Part shown: piece after piece, positions 37,789 through 46,615 of the stretch
Layout of the letters: the number at the start of each line of letters is the position of its first letter
Position numbering within the stretch: the stretch's first letter is position 1
NCBI GenBank assembly: GCA_003213515.1
Contig: QCMV01000002.1
Coordinates: 57,740-121,739 of the forward strand
Source of the DNA: Pelagibacteraceae bacterium AG-422-N09
GTDB taxonomy: Bacteria > Pseudomonadota > Alphaproteobacteria > Pelagibacterales > AG-422-B15
Length of the DNA: 64,000 nt
Direction: 5' to 3'
Notes under the pieces: model-generated
Seen by the model: the letters and a program-made list of their open reading frames with translations, nothing else
Databases searched by the model: none
What the model was told of the DNA's origin: nothing
Translations under genes and position numbers: made by a program

Positions 37789-38111
37789 TGGAAGCAATTG
37801 ATCCAAATATATTTAGACTAACCATTTTTGTGTTATCAATTTTTGTGGGTTACTATGTAGTTTGGAGTGTGACACCTGCCTTACATACTCCTTTAATGGC
37901 TGTTACTAATGCGATTTCGTCAGTAATAATTGTTGGCGGTTTATTCGCTCTTGTCTCAAGCACTGATCAGACATTTCTGGGAATTTTATCCAAAAGTTTT
38001 GGATTTATGGCAGTTTTGCTAGCTGCGGTAAATATATTTGGTGGATTCCTAGTAACACAAAGAATGTTAGCAATGTATAAAAAGAAAGCGAAAAATCAGG
38101 ATAAAATATAA
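37788..38111 (+). CDS. pntAB: NAD(P) transhydrogenase subunit alpha, part 2 (membrane dII-a)
   Basis: 107 aa, three to four hydrophobic helices, TAATG overlap with pntAA. This is the split-alpha arrangement known from Rhodospirillum-type transhydrogenases. Confidence 0.85.
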   Translation: MEAIDPNIFRLTIFVLSIFVGYYVVWSVTPALHTPLMAVTNAISSVIIVGGLFALVSSTDQTFLGILSKSFGFMAVLLAAVNIFGGFLVTQRMLAMYKKKAKNQDKI

Positions 38112-39508
38112 TGCACAATCTTGTAGCAGTTGCTTACGTTATATCAGGGATATTCTTTATCATTGCTTTAAGAGGCCTATCTTCACCAGAAAGTTCTCGA
38201 AGAGGGAATATTTTTGGTATGCTTGGTATGCTAATTGCTGTGATCGCCACATTATTCTCTGTTAATTTTTTTACGTCCAATATTCAAACTGTAGGATTAG
38301 TACTAATTGCAATTGTTATTGGTGGATTAATTGGTTCAGTGATCGCTAGGAAAATTGCAATGACTGCGATGCCGCAACTCGTTGCTGCTTTTCACAGCTT
38401 AGTAGGACTTGCGGCAGTATTCGTTGCCTTAGCCGCGTTTTATGCACCCGAGGCTTTTAATATTGGGACTGTTGGAAAAATTAAAACTTTAAGTTTAGTA
38501 GAAATGTCTCTTGGTGCTGTGATTGGTGCTATTACATTTTCTGGCTCAGTAATTGCATTTGGTAAATTGCAAGGCATTATGTCAGGCTCACCAATTGTAT
38601 TTAAGGGTCAACATCTTGTAAATTTGTTAATTGGTTTGATCATAATCGCAGGCATTGTTTATTTTTGTTTTAATCAGGATCAAAATGTTTATTTAGCAAT
38701 TATCGCGCTCTCATTTCTGATTGGATTTTTAATTATTATTCCTATTGGTGGTGCTGATATGCCCGTTGTTGTATCAATGTTAAACTCTTATTCTGGATGG
38801 GCTGCAGCTGGAATTGGTTTTACTCTTGGAAACACTGCACTGATCATTACTGGTGCATTAGTTGGATCATCTGGAGCAATTTTATCTTATATAATGTGCG
38901 CTGCTATGAATAGATCATTCATCAGTGTTATTCTAGGTGGATTTGGAGCAGAGGGCGCTGCGGTTTCTAAAGATGCAGAGCAAAGACCTGTCAAAGAAGG
39001 TAGTGCTGATGATGCTGCATTTATTATGAAGAATGCAGGCTCAGTTATTATTGTTCCTGGATATGGAATGGCGGTAGCACAAGCTCAGCATGCACTTAAA
39101 GAAATGACAGATGCGCTAAAATCAAATGGTGTAAAGGTTACATTTGCAATTCACCCTGTTGCGGGAAGAATGCCAGGACACATGAATGTATTGTTGGCTG
39201 AAGCAAATGTTCCATATGATGAGGTTTTTGAACTTGAGGATATTAATTCTGAATTCTCTCAAGCTGATGTTGCTTTTGTTATTGGAGCTAATGATGTAAC
39301 GAATCCTATAGCAAAAACAGATCCTGCATCACCAATTTATGGAATGCCTATTCTTGATGTAGAAAAAGCTAGTACAGTTCTGTTTGTCAAAAGAGGACGA
39401 GGTCTCGGCTATGCAGGTATTGATAATGAATTATTCTATCGTGACAATACTATGATGCTATTTTCGGATGCAAAAAAAATGGTTGAAGGTGTTGTTAAAG
39501 CTTTATAA
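38111..39508 (+). CDS. pntB: NAD(P) transhydrogenase subunit beta
   Basis: It has a membrane domain plus the C-terminal dIII (VIIVPGYGMAVAQAQH, HPVAGRMPGHMNVLLAEA, IGANDV). Confidence 0.95.
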   Translation: MHNLVAVAYVISGIFFIIALRGLSSPESSRRGNIFGMLGMLIAVIATLFSVNFFTSNIQTVGLVLIAIVIGGLIGSVIARKIAMTAMPQLVAAFHSLVGLAAVFVALAAFYAPEAFNIGTVGKIKTLSLVEMSLGAVIGAITFSGSVIAFGKLQGIMSGSPIVFKGQHLVNLLIGLIIIAGIVYFCFNQDQNVYLAIIALSFLIGFLIIIPIGGADMPVVVSMLNSYSGWAAAGIGFTLGNTALIITGALVGSSGAILSYIMCAAMNRSFISVILGGFGAEGAAVSKDAEQRPVKEGSADDAAFIMKNAGSVIIVPGYGMAVAQAQHALKEMTDALKSNGVKVTFAIHPVAGRMPGHMNVLLAEANVPYDEVFELEDINSEFSQADVAFVIGANDVTNPIAKTDPASPIYGMPILDVEKASTVLFVKRGRGLGYAGIDNELFYRDNTMMLFSDAKKMVEGVVKAL

Positions 39509-39528
39509 AGATTTAGCTATAAATCTTT
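39507..39528. terminator. Perfect hairpin spanning the stop codons of convergent pntB and rpsU (possible bidirectional terminator)
   Basis: The arms aaagattta (39507-15) and taaatcttt (39520-28) enclose the loop gcta. The hairpin overlaps the pntB TAA (39506-08) and the last codons plus TAA (39513-15) of rpsU. The stem is AT-rich and there is no clear U-tract. Confidence 0.3.
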
Positions 39529-39710
39529 CTTCTAGCCATTTTACGTGAGCGACGAATGTTTTCAGCCTTCTCTCTTAATTTTTTTTGACTAGGTTTTTCA
39601 AAGTAAGTTCTCATCTTCATTTCTTTAAAAATGCCTTCTCTTTGCATCTTTTTTTTGAGAATACGAAGGGCTCCCTCCACATTGTTATCTTTTACACTTA
39701 CTTCGACTAT
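39513..39710 (-). CDS. rpsU: 30S ribosomal protein S21, apparent non-canonical (ATA) start
   Basis: The minus-strand translation is (I/M)[71 protein letters not shown] lies 8 nt upstream of ATA at 39710-39708. There is no ATG/GTG/TTG between that codon and the upstream in-frame TAA, which is why the gene is absent from the ORF track. Confidence 0.85.
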   Translation of the reverse strand: MVEVSVKDNNVEGALRILKKKMQREGIFKEMKMRTYFEKPSQKKLREKAENIRRSRKMARRKIYS

Positions 39711-39798
39711 TGTTCTGCCCTCCTTAAGAGCAAGTTAAAATTTGAGGGTTTTTAGCACTTGGATACACGCTTGTCCACATAAAAGAAAAAGATTTAAT

Positions 39799-40875
39799 CT
39801 ACATTACAAAATTAATATGGCCCATTTTACGCCCTTGTTTAATTGTTTTTTTACCATAGTCGTATGCCTTCTTCTTTTTATAAACCTTATAACTTTTCAA
39901 TTTACTTATTTGTTTGGTTCTTTTGATCTCATTGCCAATAAGATTTCTCATAAGACCTTTTTTAATAATTTTTGGGGTTTTAATTTTATCTCTTGTGATT
40001 GCTTTAATATGTAACTCGAATTGACTCATATTCGCATTATCAAGTGTTATATGGCCTGAATTGTGTACTCTTGGTGCAATTTCGTTTACATAGATATTAT
40101 TTTCATCATCTAAAAAGAATTCTATTGTGAGTAAGCCAATATAATTAAGCTTATTTAAAATCTTTTTTGATATTATTATTAGCTGTTTATTTATTTTTTC
40201 ATCTATTTGTGATGGAGATATTGTTTCAAACAAAATATGGTTTTTGTGAATATTCTCAAATGGTGGATAAAAATATATATTTTTTTTTATGTTTCTTGAG
40301 CAAATGACAGATAGTTCTCTATCAAACTTTATTACCTTCTCAATTACGCACGATTGATAATCAAGCTTTTTCCATTTATTTTTTAAGTCAGAAAAATTTT
40401 TTACTTTGTATTGACCTTTTCCGTCATAACCAAATCTGCAAGTTTTTAATATAACTGGAAAATTTATTTTATCTTTAAACTTATTTAAATTTGTTTTCTT
40501 ATTAATAAAAAAAAGTCCAGCATGTTTAATTTTATTCTTTGAAAAAAATAATTTTTCTTTTTTTCTATCTTGGCTTATTTCTAAAGCCGAAATCGGTGGG
40601 TATATTTTTATTTGTTTATTGATTTGTTTTAATGTTTTTATAGCAACATTTTCAAATTCATAAGTTAGCAAATCAATATTTTTTCTAAATTCATTTAACT
40701 TCTTATGATCATTAAAAGAACCATAAATAATTTTATTAGCATATTTTTTTGCAGGGGCATCATCTGTATCAGAATAGATATGTGTAGTAAGTCCAATTTT
40801 TTGACAAGCTTGAGCTAAAAACATGCCAAGTTGACCCCCACCGATTATGCCTACAGTGGAAACTTCAGCTTTCAT
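39799..40875 (-). CDS. purK: N5-carboxyaminoimidazole ribonucleotide synthase
   Basis: VGIIGGGQLGMFLAQA with an ATP-grasp body, immediately downstream of purE. Confidence 0.9.
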   Translation of the reverse strand: MKAEVSTVGIIGGGQLGMFLAQACQKIGLTTHIYSDTDDAPAKKYANKIIYGSFNDHKKLNEFRKNIDLLTYEFENVAIKTLKQINKQIKIYPPISALEISQDRKKEKLFFSKNKIKHAGLFFINKKTNLNKFKDKINFPVILKTCRFGYDGKGQYKVKNFSDLKNKWKKLDYQSCVIEKVIKFDRELSVICSRNIKKNIYFYPPFENIHKNHILFETISPSQIDEKINKQLIIISKKILNKLNYIGLLTIEFFLDDENNIYVNEIAPRVHNSGHITLDNANMSQFELHIKAITRDKIKTPKIIKKGLMRNLIGNEIKRTKQISKLKSYKVYKKKKAYDYGKKTIKQGRKMGHINFVM

Positions 40876-41360
40876 TATTTCGGTATATTTTTTACTGACT
40901 TAGTTTGTTTTGATCTCCATGAAGCGTATTTCTTTTTCAGTTTTGTGTTATTGCTGCTTAAAATTGATACTGCAAGTAATGCTGCATTTTTTGCTCCAGC
41001 TTCTCCAACAGCAAGTGTTCCAACTGGTACGCCTGCTGGCATTTGAGCGATCGATAGCAAACTATCTAAGCCTTTTAGTTTTTTTGATTCAATTGGAACG
41101 CCTAGTACAGGAATATTTGAAATAGAGGCTGTCATTCCAGGCAAATGAGCTGCTCCACCAGCGCCTGCAATTATTATTTCTATCCCTCTTTGTTCTGCAC
41201 TTTCAGCATATTCAAACATTCTTTTAGGCGTTCTATGGGCAGAAATAATTTTTACTTCGTGTTTTATATTAAATAATTTTAAAATTTTTGAAGCATGCTT
41301 CATTGTGGGCCAATCAGATTGGCTGCCCATAATGATGCTTACCAGTGAAGGATTTTTCAT
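40875..41360 (-). CDS. purE: N5-carboxyaminoimidazole ribonucleotide mutase
   Basis: Motifs [20 protein letters not shown] and [12 protein letters not shown]. Confidence 0.95.
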   Translation of the reverse strand: MKNPSLVSIIMGSQSDWPTMKHASKILKLFNIKHEVKIISAHRTPKRMFEYAESAEQRGIEIIIAGAGGAAHLPGMTASISNIPVLGVPIESKKLKGLDSLLSIAQMPAGVPVGTLAVGEAGAKNAALLAVSILSSNNTKLKKKYASWRSKQTKSVKNIPK

Positions 41361-41371
41361 TTTAATATTTA

Positions 41372-42013
41372 TTATCCATCGACAGCAGAAGTTTCTGACT
41401 CATTTATGTCTGAAACTTTTTCATCTGCTTCTTGCAGTCTCAATTTCTCTTCTTTTTCTTTTCTCTTTTGAGCTCTTTTCATTGATCTTTCAGCTTTAGC
41501 TAAAGCCTCATCTAATTCAACTTGCCTACAAATTCCAAGTCCAATTGGATCTTGTGGACGGATATTTGCCATGTTCCAATGAGTTCTTTTTCTAATAGCA
41601 TCAATTGTATTTTTTGTACTGCCAACTAGTCTTGCAACCTGTGAGTCCTTTAGTTCGGGGTGATTTCTTATCAACCAATAAACTGCGTCTGGCCTATCCT
41701 GTCTTTTTGAAAGAGGAGTATATTTTTTTTTCTTTTTTGATTGCTCAGTCTTTTCAGAGATTTCATTTTCAATAATCTTCAGTGACTCATCTTCATTATC
41801 CGCACATCTATCGATTTCATCTTTTGTTAATTGACCACTGGTTATAGGATTTAATCCCTTAATTCCCACGCCGACTTCACCATCTGCTATACCTTTAATT
41901 TCTAATTCATGCATCCCACAGAAATCACCTATCTGCCTGAATGACAAAGAAGTATTATCAACAAGCCATATTGCAGTGGCTTTTGGCATTAATGGTAATT
42001 TTGCTGTTTTCAT
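41372..42013 (-). CDS. DUF1013 protein (alphaproteobacterial TrcR-like regulator family)
   Basis: It has the N-terminal block [41 protein letters not shown], followed by an acidic/basic tail. Confidence 0.75.
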   Translation of the reverse strand: MKTAKLPLMPKATAIWLVDNTSLSFRQIGDFCGMHELEIKGIADGEVGVGIKGLNPITSGQLTKDEIDRCADNEDESLKIIENEISEKTEQSKKKKKYTPLSKRQDRPDAVYWLIRNHPELKDSQVARLVGSTKNTIDAIRKRTHWNMANIRPQDPIGLGICRQVELDEALAKAERSMKRAQKRKEKEEKLRLQEADEKVSDINESETSAVDG

Positions 42014-42067
42014 AATAATAATAGAGTGCCTCTTATAAGTTAATTTTAGAGTTTTTCAAAGGATATC

Positions 42068-43063
42068 CTAAAATTTAAGCAGCAATTTGCCAATATTCTT
42101 ATTATTTTCCATGTATTGATGTGCTTTTTGAACATTCTCAAAATCAAATTTTTGGTCAATATGCAATTTAATATCGCCATTTTCAATTAATGGCCAAATA
42201 TGTTTCTTAAGATTATCAGCAATGAATTTCTTTTCATCATTACTTCTTATTCTTAACGTTGAGCCAGAAACTGTTAATCGCTTCAACATAATTGGCAGTA
42301 AGTTTACTTCTACCTTAGATCCCTTTAGGTATGCGATATTTAGAAGCCTTCCAAGTCTATTTAGGACATTAATATTTTTTTGAAAATAATCCCCACCTAC
42401 CATGTCTAGTATTACATCAACTCCTTTATATTCATTTTTAATTATGCTTTCAAAATCCTCAAGATTGTAATTAATTACTCTTTCTAAACCCAAATCCTTC
42501 AAATATTTATATTTTTCCTCTGATCCTACGGTTGCTATGCATTTAATTTGCATGGCTAATGCAATAGAAATAGCAGTCAAACCTATACCACTAGCACCAC
42601 CATGAATTAATAATGTCTCACCTTGTTTTAGCTTTGCTTGATCAAATAGATTTGTCCAAACTGTAAAAAATGTTTCGGGAATTGTGCAAGCGTCAATAAT
42701 TGAAATGCCTTTAGGTATAGGAAGAATTGTTGATGTATGACATTTTACAAATTCTGCGTAACCTCCACCAGGGACAAGTGCACAGACTTTTGAGTTGAGC
42801 AAATTTTTATTTACATCATCACCAACATCAACAATTTCCCCTGAAACTTCTAAGCCCAAAATTTCTGATGCACCTGGCGGTGGTGGGTAACCACCAGATC
42901 GTTGAAGAATATCTGGTCGATTTATACCAGCCGCGTGAACTTGAATCAAAACTTCATGTTTTTCTATTTGAGGTATCTCAACGTCATTAGTTACTCCTAA
43001 AACCTCTGGTCCACCAAATTCTTTGTGTAATATTGCTTTCATTTTAATCTTAGGAGCCACCAT
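42068..43063 (-). CDS. NAD(P)H:quinone oxidoreductase, MDR superfamily (PIG3/Qor-like)
   Basis: Motifs AAGINRPDILQRSGGYPPPPGASEILGLEVSGEIV and LIHGGASGIGLTAI. Confidence 0.85.
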   Translation of the reverse strand: MVAPKIKMKAILHKEFGGPEVLGVTNDVEIPQIEKHEVLIQVHAAGINRPDILQRSGGYPPPPGASEILGLEVSGEIVDVGDDVNKNLLNSKVCALVPGGGYAEFVKCHTSTILPIPKGISIIDACTIPETFFTVWTNLFDQAKLKQGETLLIHGGASGIGLTAISIALAMQIKCIATVGSEEKYKYLKDLGLERVINYNLEDFESIIKNEYKGVDVILDMVGGDYFQKNINVLNRLGRLLNIAYLKGSKVEVNLLPIMLKRLTVSGSTLRIRSNDEKKFIADNLKKHIWPLIENGDIKLHIDQKFDFENVQKAHQYMENNKNIGKLLLKF

Positions 43064-43085
43064 TTAAAGTGACTCCTAATTCTTT

Positions 43086-43514
43086 TTAGTTAATTTTTGA
43101 ATTAATTTCAATTTTTCTAGGTTTTTGATGTTCTGGTATTTCTCTTTCAAGAAAAATGTGAAGTAACCCATTTTCGTAATTTGCATCAGTAACTTTAATG
43201 GTATCAGCTAATCTAAATTTTCTTTCAAAATTTCTACCTGCTATACCTCTGTGCAAAAATTCGATTTCCTCATTAGAGTCACTAGTTGACCCCTTAATAA
43301 CCAACTCATTTTCCTGTACAGATATATCTAAATCTGATTTTGAAAAACCAGCTACAGCTACTGTTATAGTGTAATTATTGCCTGATTTAACAATATTATA
43401 TGGTGGATAAGATCCACTGGACTCATTTAAATTAAAAACCGAGTCAAAAATATTATCAAATGCATCGAAACCAACACTAGAGCGTAGTAATGGTGATAAG
43501 TCAAATGTAGTCAT
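43086..43514 (-). CDS. Small heat-shock protein (Hsp20/alpha-crystallin, IbpA-like)
   Basis: Motifs YPPYNIVKSGNNYTITVAVAGFSKSDLDISVQENELVIKG and ANYENGLLHIFLERE. Confidence 0.9.
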   Translation of the reverse strand: MTTFDLSPLLRSSVGFDAFDNIFDSVFNLNESSGSYPPYNIVKSGNNYTITVAVAGFSKSDLDISVQENELVIKGSTSDSNEEIEFLHRGIAGRNFERKFRLADTIKVTDANYENGLLHIFLEREIPEHQKPRKIEINSKIN

Positions 43515-43645
43515 AATTTAATCCTCCTTAAGCGATTAAAAATTTGCTTACTCTTTAAGAGCTAAGCTTTGTTTGCCAATGCAGAATGCCATCAGCACCT
43601 TATATGTTGTGACTAATGATAAATTTTCAATACTAGAAATTTGAA
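43515..43645 (-). promoter_or_regulatory. hsp20 leader: candidate sigma32-like promoter and structured 5' UTR (possible RNA thermometer)
   Basis: On the minus strand, TTGAAA (43630-43625) is followed 15 nt later by CAACATATA (compare CTTGAA-N13-17-CCCCATNT). A bulged-G hairpin lies at 43567-43546 (GCUUA-G-CUCU...AGAG-UAAGC). Its CUCUUAA segment can alternatively pair with the UUAAGGAG Shine-Dalgarno region. Confidence 0.25.
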
Positions 43646-43864
43646 TTATGTCTTGAGGTTACTGAACCTTTTTTTGAAACGACTAACTTGGCCTTTATCC
43701 TGAATTTTTTGCTGCCCACCAGTCCAAGCTGGGTGGGAAAGGGGATCAATATCAAGAGACATTGTGTCACCTTCTTTTCCCCATGTCGACATAGTCTCAA
43801 ATTTTGTGCCGTCTGTCATCACAACAGTAATTTTATGGTAATCAGGATGTTTATCTTTTTTCAT
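43646..43864 (-). CDS. rpmE: 50S ribosomal protein L31
   Basis: The sequence begins [50 protein letters not shown]. Confidence 0.9.
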   Translation of the reverse strand: MKKDKHPDYHKITVVMTDGTKFETMSTWGKEGDTMSLDIDPLSHPAWTGGQQKIQDKGQVSRFKKRFSNLKT

Positions 43865-43933
43865 ATATGTTCTATTTTTTGTGAGTAGATATCCTATATA
43901 ATATTATTGATCAACAGTTAATTGTTAAATTTT

Positions 43934-44236
43934 ATGAATATAATTTCAATAATGATGAGACGGCTTAATATTCATAGTTTCTCTCAATTTATCGTAATCA
44001 TGATTATTTTTGCTATTACAGGGTCATTGTCGCTTTATATCACTGTCGAATTATTTCAATTTATTGGTCTTCAGGAAGAGAATTTAAATCCAATAATTTT
44101 TTGGCCGCTTAGAATAATATTACTTTTTGTAATCTATCAAATATTACTGCTACTTGTTGCACTGCCATTTGGACAATTTCAATATTTTTGGTCATTTGAA
44201 AAAAAATTTTTAAGTAGATTTGGACTTAAATTATAA
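43934..44236 (+). CDS. Small hypothetical membrane protein
   Basis: It is about 100 aa with two to three hydrophobic helices (FIVIMIIFAITGSLSLYI, RIILLFVIYQILLLLVAL). ATG 43934 is preferred over the track's TTG 43922. The 3' end overlaps suhB by 6 nt. Confidence 0.4.
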   Translation: MNIISIMMRRLNIHSFSQFIVIMIIFAITGSLSLYITVELFQFIGLQEENLNPIIFWPLRIILLFVIYQILLLLVALPFGQFQYFWSFEKKFLSRFGLKL

Positions 44237-45019
44237 TTCAATTATTTTTTTAAGCTTTTCATGTATTCTAAAATTAGATGCTAATATTCTTCCACTTTTG
44301 AGATAGTCCTCTTTTCCATCAAAATCAGTTACTTTTCCTCCGGCCTCTTTTACAATTAATGAGCCAGCTGCAATATCAACCAATTTTAAATTTTTTTCCC
44401 AATATCCATCAAATTTTCCTGCGGCCACATAAGCTAAGTCGAGTGACGCTGCGCCAAATCTTCTAATGCCGCATACTTTTTCCATAACTTGCTTTAACCC
44501 AGGAATATATTCTTCATGACCTTTCATACCTTTATGAGGAATGCCTGTGCCAATCATACAGTCTTCAAGGTTTTCTTTTAAGGACACTCTGAGTCTCAGA
44601 TTATTACAGTAGGCGCCCCTTCCTTTAACTGCCCAAAAGAATTCATCAGTAAGCGGTTGATATACACCTCCAACTATTACCTCGTTATTCTTTTCAAGCG
44701 CAATTGATATAGCAAAGTGTGGGATACTAAAAACAAAGTTGCTTGTGCCATCAAGGGGATCAATAATCCATCTAATATTTTCATTAGAATTTTTTATAAC
44801 ACCTGTTTCTTCGGCAATAATATTTATTTTAGGATATGAATAAGTTAGTTCTTTAATCAACATTTTTTCAGCTTTTGTATCTGCTAATGATACAAAATCA
44901 GAGACACCCTTCAGAGACACTTGAAGTTTCTCAACTTCTCCAAAATCCCGAATAAGACTTTTACTAGTTTTCCTACAGGCTAAAAAAATCGCATTGATAT
45001 AAGGGTCTGAGTAGCTCAT
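44231..45019 (-). CDS. suhB: Inositol monophosphatase family protein (SuhB-like)
   Basis: Motifs WIIDPLDGTSNF and LVDIAAGSLIV. Its ATG shares one base with the efp TAA (TAATG). Confidence 0.85.
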   Translation of the reverse strand: MSYSDPYINAIFLACRKTSKSLIRDFGEVEKLQVSLKGVSDFVSLADTKAEKMLIKELTYSYPKINIIAEETGVIKNSNENIRWIIDPLDGTSNFVFSIPHFAISIALEKNNEVIVGGVYQPLTDEFFWAVKGRGAYCNNLRLRVSLKENLEDCMIGTGIPHKGMKGHEEYIPGLKQVMEKVCGIRRFGAASLDLAYVAAGKFDGYWEKNLKLVDIAAGSLIVKEAGGKVTDFDGKEDYLKSGRILASNFRIHEKLKKIIEL

Positions 45020-45582
45020 TAGTCAACTCTTTTTGAATATGATAGGTCCTCTGTATTAATTTCTATCTTTTCACCCTGTTCTATAAAAGGTGGAACCATT
45101 ACTCTAATACCATTTTCAAGAATGGCAGGCTTGTTCGATGAAGCGGCTGTTTGTCCTTTAACAACAGCCTCTGTTTCATTGACAATAAAAGATAAGGTTT
45201 TAGGAAGTTGAATTCCTATTGGCTTTTCATTATACATTTCTAGGATGACCTCATCATTTTCACTCATTAAAACTAGCTTTTCTCCAACTATTTCCTCATC
45301 AATTTCAATTTGTTCATATGAAGTACTGTTCATAAAGAAAAGTTTGTTATCTTGCTTGTACAGATACTGATATTTTTCTTCATCCACTCTAACCCTCTCT
45401 ACTTCTTCTGATGCTCTGAAACGTTCATTTAATTTCGTACTAGTTTTAATATTTTTCATCTCAACTTGATTAAATGCACCACCTTTACCAGGTTTTACAG
45501 ACTGAGATTTATTCACAACCCACAACTCTCCCTTGTGTTCAACTATCATTCCTGGTTTAACAGCATTTCCATTAATTTTCAT
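45019..45582 (-). CDS. efp: Elongation factor P
   Basis: The KPGKGGAF loop is present and there is full-length collinearity with EF-P. Confidence 0.95.
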   Translation of the reverse strand: MKINGNAVKPGMIVEHKGELWVVNKSQSVKPGKGGAFNQVEMKNIKTSTKLNERFRASEEVERVRVDEEKYQYLYKQDNKLFFMNSTSYEQIEIDEEIVGEKLVLMSENDEVILEMYNEKPIGIQLPKTLSFIVNETEAVVKGQTAASSNKPAILENGIRVMVPPFIEQGEKIEINTEDLSYSKRVD

Positions 45583-45588
45583 TTTTTC

Positions 45589-46602
45589 TTAACCTTCGAG
45601 AGATTTATCCCACTGACCTTGTGCAGCCTTCATATTCATTACAGCTCTATGGCTAAAAGCTTTTTGAGCCGCTTCAAGATTGTCATCTTTGCCAGCCCAA
45701 GTTTTGAGAGCTGCTTGTTGTAAAGCCCTTCCATAGGAAAAACTTAGCTTCCATTTGAAACCACCTATTTTATTCATTGCATCGAGATGAGCTGTTGCAT
45801 CTAGGTCTGACTGACCACCAGATAAAAAAACAATTCCAGGTAATTCATCTGGAACAGATGATTTGAGACATTGAAGTGTTTTTTCTGCAACTTCTTCAAT
45901 AGGGGCTTGGTATTTATTTTCTGTTCCTGATACAACCATATTTGGTTTAAGAAGAGTTCCTTCAATATTGACATTTTTTTTATCAAGCATTTCAAATAAA
46001 ACTAATAGTGTTTGATTAGTAACCTCATGACACCTTTCCACAGAGTGGGACCCATCCATAATAACCTCAGGCTCAACAATCGGTACCATATTGCTTTGTT
46101 GAGCAATGAGCGCATATTCAGCTAATGCATTCATATTTTCGCTTATACAATTGTTTGATGGTATTTCATCACTTACATTTATAACGGCTCTCCATTTTGT
46201 AAATTTCGCTCCAAGCTTCTCGTACTCTTGGCAGCGTTCATGAAGTCCGTCTATTCCTGTAGTAATTTTTTCATCACTACCACCTTCAAACTCTTTTACT
46301 CCTTGATCAACTTTAATTCCCGGCAGTGAGCCGTGATCAAGTATAACATTTCTTAAATAGTCTCCATCACTGGACTTTTGTCTGAGAGTTTCGTCAAAAA
46401 GTATCACTCCGCCAATTGCCTCTGCCATGACCGGAGATCTAAATAACATTTCTCTATACTTTCTTCTATTATCTTCGGTAGACTCAACATTAATTGATTT
46501 GAATCGTTTCTCAATGGTTCCTGAACTTTCATCGGCTGCCAGAATTCCTTTGCCATCACTGACAATGTAATTTGCTATCTCTTCTAAAGTCTCTGGTATC
46601 AT
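45589..46602 (-). CDS. fba: Fructose-bisphosphate aldolase, class I
   Basis: GKGILAADESSGTIEKRF with a Schiff-base Lys region (LLKPNMV). It completes the tkt-gap-pgk-fba block. Confidence 0.9.
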   Translation of the reverse strand: MIPETLEEIANYIVSDGKGILAADESSGTIEKRFKSINVESTEDNRRKYREMLFRSPVMAEAIGGVILFDETLRQKSSDGDYLRNVILDHGSLPGIKVDQGVKEFEGGSDEKITTGIDGLHERCQEYEKLGAKFTKWRAVINVSDEIPSNNCISENMNALAEYALIAQQSNMVPIVEPEVIMDGSHSVERCHEVTNQTLLVLFEMLDKKNVNIEGTLLKPNMVVSGTENKYQAPIEEVAEKTLQCLKSSVPDELPGIVFLSGGQSDLDATAHLDAMNKIGGFKWKLSFSYGRALQQAALKTWAGKDDNLEAAQKAFSHRAVMNMKAAQGQWDKSLEG

Positions 46603-46615
46603 TTTCTTCTCCTTT

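Noticed and set aside
39742-40014. A 90-aa plus-strand ORF between rpsU and purK.
   Set aside because: It mostly overlaps the 3' end of purK on the opposite strand, has no motif, and starts with TTG. It is considered spurious.
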